Below, piece by piece: positions 29,615-37,651 of a stretch of 64,000 bases of DNA (position 1 is the stretch's first letter; each line of letters opens with the position of its first letter). The position numbers and the translations under genes were made by a program. Source of the DNA: Candidatus Multivoradales bacterium (GTDB lineage Bacteria; Acidobacteriota; Thermoanaerobaculia; Multivoradales; JAHEKO01); the NCBI GenBank assembly GCA_965248055.1, contig CBDFIJ010000004.1:3168001-3232000 (forward strand), written 5' to 3'. Under the pieces are notes generated by a model, which was not told where the DNA came from, ran no database searches, and was given only the letters and a program-made list of their open reading frames with translations.

Positions 29615-30763
29615 TGCCCCGTCCGGTTAATTCACTTTCCATACTTTATCTATTGTGATGTGATGAGTTCATGGCACAAGCAAAAAGGTTGGAGATTGGT
29701 CGAGCGGATGAGAGAGAGCTTCAAAGATGGCTGCGATCGAGTAACACGCGAAGAAGTTTGGCCGAGAGAGCAAAGATTCTTCTCTTGAGTCAAGAGGGGC
29801 TGAGCGCCGCCGCAGTGGGCGAGAAACTTGGTGTCGCAAGGCTGACCGTCTACAAGTGGCGTCGTCGCTTCCAGGAGGGTGGTTTGGAAGCGCTGTCGGA
29901 CCGACCGCGACCGGGGCAACCGCGAAAACTGACGGCAGATATAACAGAAAAGATCTTGCGTCTGACCACACAGCACATTCCCAAGGAGTCGACCCACTGG
30001 AGTCTTCGGTTGATGGCCAAGTACGCCGGCGTGACCAAGTGGCAGGTCCAGCAGGTCTGGGCGGCTGCCGACCTTCGGCCTCATCGGCTTCGCAACTTCA
30101 AACTCAGCAACGATCCTCTGTTCGCCGAGAAAGTCATCGACGTCGTCGGCCTTTATCTACGGCCTCCAGACAACGCAGTCGTGCTGTCGGTTGACGAAAA
30201 GACACAGATCCAGGCTCTGGACCGCACCCAGCCCTTGTTGCCGCTTCGCCCCGGACAGATCGAGCGGCGTACCCATGACTACAAACGACATGGTACGACG
30301 AGTCTCTATGCTGCGTTCGATATCGCGACCGGCGAGGTTCTCGGCCGCGTCACACAGCGACACCGTGCTCGGGAGTTCATTCAGTTCCTTCGGCAAATCG
30401 ATCGAACGGTCTCTGCAGAGCTGGACCTCCACTTAATCTTGGACAACAGCAGCACTCACAAGACCCCTGACGTGATGGATTTCCTTGCCAAGCGCCCGCG
30501 GATCCGGCTCCACTTCACTCCCACCAGCGCCTCCTGGCTCAACGCGGTTGAGAGCTGGTTCTCGCAGCTTGAGAGACGATCGATTCACCGTGGTGTCTTT
30601 ACCTCGGTTGCCGAGCTACGGAACGAAATCAAGCGGTTTATCCAAGCCCATAACGCCGAGTCCGCAAAACCCTTCGTGTGGACCAAATCCGCAAACACCA
30701 TTCTTGCAGCCGTGGACAGAGCTCGCGCTTCACAATGTGATGCTAACTAACCGGACATGGCAC
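29614..30763 (+). mobile_element. IS630-family element, copy 1 (1150 bp)
   Basis: IRs GTGCCCCGTCCGGTTAATT / (rc) GTGCCATGTCCGGTTAGTT; TA duplication inside CTAG. Confidence 0.93.
29671..30750 (+). CDS. IS630-family transposase
   Basis: SVDEKTQIQAL, HDYKRHGT, ILDNSSTH, SWLNAVE. Confidence 0.95.
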   Translation: MAQAKRLEIGRADERELQRWLRSSNTRRSLAERAKILLLSQEGLSAAAVGEKLGVARLTVYKWRRRFQEGGLEALSDRPRPGQPRKLTADITEKILRLTTQHIPKESTHWSLRLMAKYAGVTKWQVQQVWAAADLRPHRLRNFKLSNDPLFAEKVIDVVGLYLRPPDNAVVLSVDEKTQIQALDRTQPLLPLRPGQIERRTHDYKRHGTTSLYAAFDIATGEVLGRVTQRHRAREFIQFLRQIDRTVSAELDLHLILDNSSTHKTPDVMDFLAKRPRIRLHFTPTSASWLNAVESWFSQLERRSIHRGVFTSVAELRNEIKRFIQAHNAESAKPFVWTKSANTILAAVDRARASQCDAN

Positions 30764-30766
30764 TAG

Positions 30767-31029
30767 GGCCTGTTAACGCTTGTCAGATTGTTGCGTTGCC
30801 GGCCCAACGGGGCCAAGCAAGGCGTGAGGAGTGAAGTTTGGCCGTTCCAAATGAGCGACGAGCAACGCAGCATGGGGTCGTTTGGGCCAGCAACCCGAAG
30901 GGACGGGTCCCATTTTGCCCACTGCTTCGTCTCTCCTCACTGAAGTACATAGAGTACATTGCGCTTGTCGTTTCTCGCATTGAACAAAATGGACCACCGT
31001 CGCAGTGATCTGACAAGCGTTAACAGGCC
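30767..31029. mobile_element. MITE (263 bp, non-coding)
   Basis: 22-bp perfect terminal IR GGCCTGTTAACGCTTGTCAGAT; CTAG on both sides (30763-30766, 31030-31033). Confidence 0.85.
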
Positions 31030-31033
31030 CTAG

Positions 31034-32350
31034 TTAATCTCCGCGCTTGGCCAACAGGCGCAACGCTGGAACCCCCAGAGTTACCGTTCGCGCGATCATG
31101 AAGGTCACTAGGCCAGCCCACAACAATCGATTGTTGGAGTGATAGGCGCCGAGAGCGACCAGCGGCAGGAATCCTAGAAAGAAGGACCAAGCCATGGCGT
31201 TGCGCAGTAGCTTGGCGCGGGTGAGCCCCAGAAAGAAGCCGTCCAGAGCGTAGGCCACCGAGCCCATAGTGATGGTGATCGCCAGCCACAACACGAACTG
31301 GGAGGCCAGATCGATGACCGGCTCATGGGTTGAGATCAATCCCAATAGAGGTCGTCGGAACAGTAGGTATGCCAACGAGAAAACCAGGGCAAAGAAGAAC
31401 GAAGAACGGATCGCCAGACCTAGGGTGCTGCGTAGAGCACTTGGGTCTCCAGCTCCCTCAGCGCGCCCGGCATAGACCTCGGTGGCGAAGGCCACCCCGT
31501 CGATCCAATAGGCTGCCAACGCCAACAGGTGAAGCAGGATCGCATTGGCCGCTAGGGTGTTGGTACCCAAGTACGCGGAGGCATTCTGGAACACGGAAAA
31601 CGCCGAAACCAGAAGCACAGTGCGCAACAGCAAATCGCGATTGAGCCGCAGGAATCCGGTCAGCTTGGACCACAGAAAGATCGTTGCCCGGTCGCGTACC
31701 GCCCGGGGCAAGGTGCCAGCGGGGAGAAAAGCGATTGCCACCACGAATTGAATTGCTTGGGCGATAGCCGTGGCGGCGCCAGCGCCGGCTGGGCCGAGAC
31801 CGAGGCGCAGAATCAACCAATAGTCGAGAACTACATTGGCGATGTTGCCCGCGGCGACCACCCAGAGCACGGTGCGACCCTTGGAGTTCCCCAAGAACCA
31901 ACCCAGGAGAGCGAAGTTGGCGAGCGTCAAGGGAGCGCCCAGAATCCTGGAGTTGAAGTAAGCGCGTCCGGCGGTCTCGACTTCCGCAGCGCCGGCAAGC
32001 AGCGAGAAGCCGCCTTCGCGCAACAGCGGGTGAAGCACGAGTAGTAGAAATCCCAGGCCCAGCCCGAGGACCAGGGACCGAATCAGCACCCGATGGGACT
32101 CGTCGTTGTCGCCTGCGCCCAATGCTTTGGCGGTCAGACCGGTGGTTCCCATACGCAAGAAGCCGAACCCCCAATAGACATAGTCGAAAATTACCGCTGC
32201 CAGGGCGACGCCGGCCAGAGCGGAGATTTGTGGCAGCCGCCCGAGCATCGCGGTATCGACCAGAGACGCCAGCGGTACGGTCAGGTTGGCCGCGATGTTG
32301 TAGGCGGTCAACCGAGCGAAGCCGGATTTGTCGATGGTTCCTGGGCTCAT
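31034..32350 (-). CDS. MATE efflux transporter (DinF-like)
   Basis: PLASLVDTAMLG, FGFLRMGTTG; about 12 TM. Confidence 0.92.
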   Translation of the reverse strand: MSPGTIDKSGFARLTAYNIAANLTVPLASLVDTAMLGRLPQISALAGVALAAVIFDYVYWGFGFLRMGTTGLTAKALGAGDNDESHRVLIRSLVLGLGLGFLLLVLHPLLREGGFSLLAGAAEVETAGRAYFNSRILGAPLTLANFALLGWFLGNSKGRTVLWVVAAGNIANVVLDYWLILRLGLGPAGAGAATAIAQAIQFVVAIAFLPAGTLPRAVRDRATIFLWSKLTGFLRLNRDLLLRTVLLVSAFSVFQNASAYLGTNTLAANAILLHLLALAAYWIDGVAFATEVYAGRAEGAGDPSALRSTLGLAIRSSFFFALVFSLAYLLFRRPLLGLISTHEPVIDLASQFVLWLAITITMGSVAYALDGFFLGLTRAKLLRNAMAWSFFLGFLPLVALGAYHSNNRLLWAGLVTFMIARTVTLGVPALRLLAKRGD

Positions 32351-32469
32351 GACGAAGTCTGGGCTGGAGCGATCTCTGGAGTGGTCTTTGCAACAACAGA
32401 CATCGGCGCATTGTAGTGCCGTGAGCAAAAACGGGCGCGATATGATTCGCCTCTAGGAGGGAAGTTTCA

Positions 32470-33933
32470 ATGATTGAATCTACTCAAATGACAAAACGTA
32501 CGTTCGCAGCCTCGGCCATCCTGGTCGCGCTACTGATGGTGACCGGCTGCGCCACCAATCCAGCCACTGGCAAGAAGCAGATCTCCTTAATTGGCGAGGC
32601 CAACGAGATTCAAATGGGCCGGGAGGCGGATCAGCAAATTGTCGCTCAAATGGGTCTCTATGGAGACCAAGAGCTGCAGAGCTACGTGTCGAATATCGGA
32701 CTAGAGCTGGCGGCGGCATCGGAGCGTCCAGAACTACCCTGGACCTTTCGGGTTGTCGATGACCCGGTGGTCAATGCTTTTGCTCTGCCCGGTGGCTTTA
32801 TCTACATTACCCGCGGGATCTTGGCCCACATGAGTTCCGAGGCCGAGCTGGCCGCGGTTTTGGGGCACGAAATTGGGCACGTCACGGCGCGCCACTCGGT
32901 GAACCAAATGAGCAAGTCTCAGTTGCTCAACATCGGGTTAATCGCTGGCATGATTGCGGCCCCGGAAACCCAGCGCTATGCTGACTTGGTGCAGACCGGC
33001 TTGGGTTTAATGACCCTGAAGTTTTCCCGCGATGATGAACGACAGGCTGACGAATTGGGTCTGCGCTATCTGACCCGCGAAGACTATGACCCGCACCAGA
33101 TGCCGCGTGTGTTTGAGATGTTGGGACGGGTGAGTGCTGCAGCCTCCGAGGGCGGCCGAGTGCCTGGCTGGATGTCGACTCACCCAGATCCAGGACAGCG
33201 GCAACAGACCGCGCAGCAGGCGATTTCGCAATTGGAGCCGTCCGCAGTGGGTACCAAGGTCGATCGCCCAGAGTTTCTGGCAGCGATCGACGACATGATC
33301 TTTGGCCCCAATCCGCGTGAGGGTTTCTTTCGCGAGCAGCGTTTCATGCATCCTGACATGGCCTTCGAGGTGACTTTTCCCACGGGTTGGAAGACCGCCA
33401 ATCAGAAGCAACGCGTCATTGCCGGTGGATCGGAGCAGAACGCAATCATGCAACTGACCCTGTCGCAAGAGGCCTCGAAGGATGCGGCTTTAACCACCTT
33501 TATGGGCCAGGAAGGACTACAGCCCGGCCGCACCTGGCGCGACACGATCAACGGATTGTCTGCAGTTGGCGGGGCTTTTTCCGCCCAGTCTCAGGAGCGC
33601 AAGATTGTTGGTCGAGTGACCTATGTCTCCTATGGGGACAACATGTACCAGTTGTTGGCCTACGGCCTAGAGCAGCCGTTCTTGCAGCAGGATCGAGCCA
33701 TTGTCTCGGCGATGACCAGCTTCAAGCGCCTGACCGAAAAAAAAGCTCTCGCGGTGCAACCACACCGCATCGACATCACCAAGCTGGACCGGCCGTTGAC
33801 CGTGGCTCAGGTGCAACAGCAAGCGCCGTCGGCGGTGCCAACCGATATCTTGGCGATGATTAACGCCGTGACCCCAGCGGAGCAGATGCCGAGCGGGTTC
33901 TCATTCAAGCGGGTGGTCGGCGAACCGTTCTAG
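32470..33933 (+). CDS. M48-family metalloprotease lipoprotein
   Basis: Lipobox VTGC, NAFALPGG, HEIGH, STHP. Confidence 0.92.
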   Translation: MIESTQMTKRTFAASAILVALLMVTGCATNPATGKKQISLIGEANEIQMGREADQQIVAQMGLYGDQELQSYVSNIGLELAAASERPELPWTFRVVDDPVVNAFALPGGFIYITRGILAHMSSEAELAAVLGHEIGHVTARHSVNQMSKSQLLNIGLIAGMIAAPETQRYADLVQTGLGLMTLKFSRDDERQADELGLRYLTREDYDPHQMPRVFEMLGRVSAAASEGGRVPGWMSTHPDPGQRQQTAQQAISQLEPSAVGTKVDRPEFLAAIDDMIFGPNPREGFFREQRFMHPDMAFEVTFPTGWKTANQKQRVIAGGSEQNAIMQLTLSQEASKDAALTTFMGQEGLQPGRTWRDTINGLSAVGGAFSAQSQERKIVGRVTYVSYGDNMYQLLAYGLEQPFLQQDRAIVSAMTSFKRLTEKKALAVQPHRIDITKLDRPLTVAQVQQQAPSAVPTDILAMINAVTPAEQMPSGFSFKRVVGEPF

Positions 33934-33991
33934 CCGATTCTTTTGTTCTGCGGGCATAGCTCGCTGAATCGCAGTCCTCAGTCTGCAAGAT

Positions 33992-34024
33992 TAGGCCGGT
34001 CCCTTTCGGGGAGCCGGCCTTTAT
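33992..34024. terminator. Hairpin between convergent genes, likely terminator
   Basis: AGGCCGGTCCC-TTTC-GGGGAGCCGGCCT followed by TTAT. Confidence 0.65.
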
Positions 34025-34061
34025 GTGCCCACAACCAGTGTGGTTAAGAGTGCCGGGGGGC

Positions 34062-35018
34062 TTACGAGTGTTGCTTGGATTCCAACCAACGTTCGGCGTC
34101 GATCGCCGCCTTGCAACCGGTTCCAGCGGCGGTGACCGCTTGGCGATAGCTAGGGTCGACCGCATCGCCGCAGGCGAAGATGCCTTCGACACCGGTGTGG
34201 GTGGTCGGTTCTTGAACCCGAATGTAGCCAACTTCGTTGAGCTCCAAGACATCTGCAAACAGTTGGGTGTTGGGTTGATGACCGATGGCGACGAATACCC
34301 CCTCACAGGGGAAGCTGGAGGTTTGGTCGGTGATTCGGTTGCGGACCTTGATCCCGGTGACGCCTCCTTCGCGCGAGCCTTCAATCTCCTCGACCGTGGT
34401 ATCCCAGAGAAAATCAACGTTTGGATGGTCGAAGCCGCGTTGCTGCAAGATCTTCGAGGCGCGTAGCTCATCCCGCCGGTGGACAACTGTGACTTTGGAA
34501 GCAAACTTGGTCAGATACAGCGCTTCTTCCATCGCCGTATCTCCTCCGCCCACCACGACGATTTCCTTATCCCGAAAGAAAAATCCGTCACAAGTGGCAC
34601 AAGCTGAGACCCCGTAGCCCATCATGTGCGCTTCCGACTCCAAACCGAGTTGTTTGGCGCTTGCCCCGGTGGCAACGATCAAGCTGTGCCCAAGATACTC
34701 CGCTTGGTCAGTGCGAACGCGAAACGGCTGTTGAGCAAAGTCGATCTCTTCCACCTGCTCGAACTTAACTTCGGCGCCGAATTTCTGCGCTTGCTTGCGC
34801 ATTTGGTCCATTAATTCTGGGCCTAGGATTCCATCGGGAAACCCGGGATAGTTTTCGACGTCGGTGGTGATGGTGAGCTGACCTCCTGGCTGGTTACCCT
34901 CCAAGACCAACGGAGCGAGACCGGCTCGGGCGTTGTATAAAGCGGCGGTGAGACCGGCGGGTCCAGATCCCAGGATGATGACGTTGTGCGTAGATTCAGG
35001 TGTCAAATGAGTCTCCAA
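34062..35018 (-). CDS. trxB: Thioredoxin-disulfide reductase
   Basis: GSGPAG, CATCDG, GGGDTA, HRRD, GD...RQAVTAA. Confidence 0.96.
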   Translation of the reverse strand: METHLTPESTHNVIILGSGPAGLTAALYNARAGLAPLVLEGNQPGGQLTITTDVENYPGFPDGILGPELMDQMRKQAQKFGAEVKFEQVEEIDFAQQPFRVRTDQAEYLGHSLIVATGASAKQLGLESEAHMMGYGVSACATCDGFFFRDKEIVVVGGGDTAMEEALYLTKFASKVTVVHRRDELRASKILQQRGFDHPNVDFLWDTTVEEIEGSREGGVTGIKVRNRITDQTSSFPCEGVFVAIGHQPNTQLFADVLELNEVGYIRVQEPTTHTGVEGIFACGDAVDPSYRQAVTAAGTGCKAAIDAERWLESKQHS

Positions 35019-35208
35019 GATCCCAGTGTTTTCGTTTGCTGAAGCGGCCTTGACTGCGAAGACTTTGCGTCGCCTCGTTCGACCCTATAACAGCCGAACG
35101 AGGGTCCGATATTCCAGTTTGTTTTCGACGGGGAAGCGCCTACAATGGATAGTGGGTCGGGCCAGCGTCGACCTAACCGCGAACGATGAACAACTTGGGA
35201 GATCTCAC

Positions 35209-35712
35209 ATGCTAGCCAGTCAGCGCCTGGTCGACGCCATCAATCAGCAGATAGGTAACGAGCTTGGCGCGAGCCATCAATACACCTCAATTGCAACCTA
35301 CTTTGATCGCCAAACACTGATGGAGTTGGCGCGATTTTTCTACCGTCAGGCCGACGAGGAGCGCGACCACGCGATGCGTTTCGTCAAGTTCTTAGTTGAA
35401 GTCGGAGCTCCGGTGGAGATTCCCGAGATTGCGGCGCCCAAGAGCGCCTTTTCCAGCGCTGAGGAAGCGGTGGCTTTATCCCTGGAATGGGAAGAGACCG
35501 TGACCCAGCAAATCTACGGCTTGGTCGATCTTGCTCAGGATGACTCCAACCACATCGCGACGCGTTTTCTCGATTGGTTTGTCACCGAGCAACTCGAAGA
35601 AGTCAGCACCATGGGTGGCCTGCTCGACGTGGTTCGGCGGGCTGGAGATAACGGATTACACTTCGTTGAAGAGTACTTAGTGCGCGAGGGACAAGCCAAC
35701 GCCCCGGAGTAG
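35209..35712 (+). CDS. Ferritin
   Basis: QIGNEL, EERDHAM, WFVTEQLEEV; start at MLASQR after GGAG. Confidence 0.9.
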   Translation: MLASQRLVDAINQQIGNELGASHQYTSIATYFDRQTLMELARFFYRQADEERDHAMRFVKFLVEVGAPVEIPEIAAPKSAFSSAEEAVALSLEWEETVTQQIYGLVDLAQDDSNHIATRFLDWFVTEQLEEVSTMGGLLDVVRRAGDNGLHFVEEYLVREGQANAPE

Positions 35713-35729
35713 TTGCCAGTAGCCAACGC

Positions 35730-36677
35730 TTAGTTGGCGATCAGGCGATTGGTGGCCAAACCTTCCGCGAGCTCAACCGCATTGCGCGCCGACAACGTTA
35801 GGTTGTCAAAGACCGCCCACAGGTTAACCCCATAGGCTCGCGACTCAACCCGCCCTAGTTTGACGTGGTCGGCGGCTGCGCCATCGACAGTACCCAGCGG
35901 TTGGTCGCTGGCTTGCGGTTCAATATAGGGACTGGACTGCAGTCGCTCCAGGACTTGCCCTGCAAGGTCGCTCGCGGGGTCGTCTGAGGCTGTGAGCGTC
36001 AGGTCTACAGACAGCCCCACTCCGTGAAAGATTCCAACGTCAATCGTGCGAACCGCCAGCGAAGCTTGCGGCAGCAGGCTGCTGACCTCGGCTTCGATGT
36101 CCGAGTGATGGAGTGTGTCGACGGCGTTGAACGCCAATTGCACTGAAAGAGTCTGCTTCGGCATATCTCCTGAGAAGCTGAGAATCGATCGTGTTTGCTC
36201 TAGAAGTTCGTCCAATGCACCGCCTCCCGCAGAGGAGGCTCCCTGGAGCGCAATGGCCGAACCACTGGGTTTGAGGTCGGCCAGCGGCGCCAGTAGATGG
36301 GTTAGCGCGATGCCGACTGCGGTCGGACAATAGACCCGCTTTGGAACCGCGTTAGCGCTGTCGAAGGAAGTCAGTCCGGCGACTGCGTAGTCAAATGTTC
36401 CCGGGGTTGTTGGTTCGACATGGATCAGCACCCTTGAATCAACCTGGTCGTCCACCTTTTGTTGTTGCTCAGGAGTGCCGCACACCAGATAGAGGTCCGC
36501 TTCGCTGCCCGTCAATCCTTGAATCAAGGCAGCTTCGTCGCCGGTGTCCGCCAGAGTTCCAATGAGTTCTTGGTCGGTGGTGAGCAGGCTGTCTGCTTGG
36601 AGGACTTGCGAATCTCGAAGTTGATCGCGCAGGGCTTTTCCGATGAGAGAGCTGGAGTTGACGACTGCTGTTTTCAT
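35730..36677 (-). CDS. Degenerate Asd/ArgC-like protein
   Basis: QGASSAGGGALDELLEQT, QLAFNA, FDNL; lacks the NPNC catalytic motif. Confidence 0.7.
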   Translation of the reverse strand: MKTAVVNSSSLIGKALRDQLRDSQVLQADSLLTTDQELIGTLADTGDEAALIQGLTGSEADLYLVCGTPEQQQKVDDQVDSRVLIHVEPTTPGTFDYAVAGLTSFDSANAVPKRVYCPTAVGIALTHLLAPLADLKPSGSAIALQGASSAGGGALDELLEQTRSILSFSGDMPKQTLSVQLAFNAVDTLHHSDIEAEVSSLLPQASLAVRTIDVGIFHGVGLSVDLTLTASDDPASDLAGQVLERLQSSPYIEPQASDQPLGTVDGAAADHVKLGRVESRAYGVNLWAVFDNLTLSARNAVELAEGLATNRLIAN

Positions 36678-36721
36678 GAGATGTCCGTTCGGTGGCGAAA
36701 TCTGAGTCAGTGGAATTCGAG

Positions 36722-37498
36722 TTATCGGGTATCGAAATGGATCAACGGCTTCTTGGCCGTGGGTAGTTTGGCTGGTGCTGCCGCCAGGTACAACGGTTCC
36801 TGGAGCGTGGTGGGATGCCAGACGAAATCGGTGGTCGCGATTTGAGCTAGAGCAATTTCGGCCAGGCACAGCTCGGGCATCACGGCCTGGGCCAACTCCT
36901 GGTGTCGGGTGAGGGTGACCAACGGAAATCCGCTCGAGATCTGGTCGGGGGTCGGGCTTCTTTCCGGCGGGCCCAGTGGTAGCCGAGAGCCCTGTGGTTG
37001 CCGAGAGCCCTGTGGTTGCCGAGAGCCCTGTGGCTGCCGAGACCCCAGTGCCTGCCAAGGCCAGGCCTGGCACGAATCATCCGGTCCAGAGTCGGTTAGC
37101 CGATTCGAGGGGGCGCTAAAGGCCTGGCTAAACCACGATCCGCGCCAAGCGTTGATCACCGCAACCACTGGCTCGTTCCCCGGCGCAGCGTGCGCCAGCA
37201 GCGCAAGGGTTGAAATGGCAGTCGCGGGGATTTGCAGAGATTGGTGCAATCCCAGGGCGAACGCCAAACCAACCCGCAGTCCGGTGAAACTTCCGGGGCC
37301 GCGTGCAGCGACCAACGCATCTAGATCGGACCATTGTGCCCCAAAATCCTTAAGCAGATTGTCCGCCAAACCTGGAACTTGGGTCGAAGACCGAGTCTGC
37401 GGTTGCTTGACGTGGAGGATCTTGCCGTTGGCCAGAAGGGCCACCGAGATCACCGGAGAGCCGCTGTCAAAAGCGAGTACGAGATTCGGCGAAGGCAT
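36722..37498 (-). CDS. tsaB: tRNA t6A biosynthesis protein TsaB
   Basis: VLAFDSG, RGPGSFTGLRVG, EPLYL. Confidence 0.9.
   Translation of the reverse strand: MPSPNLVLAFDSGSPVISVALLANGKILHVKQPQTRSSTQVPGLADNLLKDFGAQWSDLDALVAARGPGSFTGLRVGLAFALGLHQSLQIPATAISTLALLAHAAPGNEPVVAVINAWRGSWFSQAFSAPSNRLTDSGPDDSCQAWPWQALGSRQPQGSRQPQGSRQPQGSRLPLGPPERSPTPDQISSGFPLVTLTRHQELAQAVMPELCLAEIALAQIATTDFVWHPTTLQEPLYLAAAPAKLPTAKKPLIHFDTR
36982..37050. repeat. 18-bp tandem repeat inside tsaB (QPQGSR x3)
   Basis: GCCGAGAGCCCTGTGGTT x3 plus a partial copy. Confidence 0.9.
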
Positions 37499-37651
37499 AC
37501 CAGGGGATAGTGGGAATGACAGTGAATGAGGACGTTGGGTAGAAGCTGCAGGTCGCTTGGGCAAGTCTGCCAACCGGCACGGTAGCCACCCCGCGCGCCC
37601 TGGCCACTAGTATAGTGCCGCCGGTATTCGCTCCAACGGAGCCGGGTTGAG

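Noticed and set aside
36678-37073. N-terminal extension of the Asd-like ORF with ATTGLS repeats
   Set aside because: Alternative reading of tsaB and its 18-bp repeat; the real start is more likely ATG at 36677
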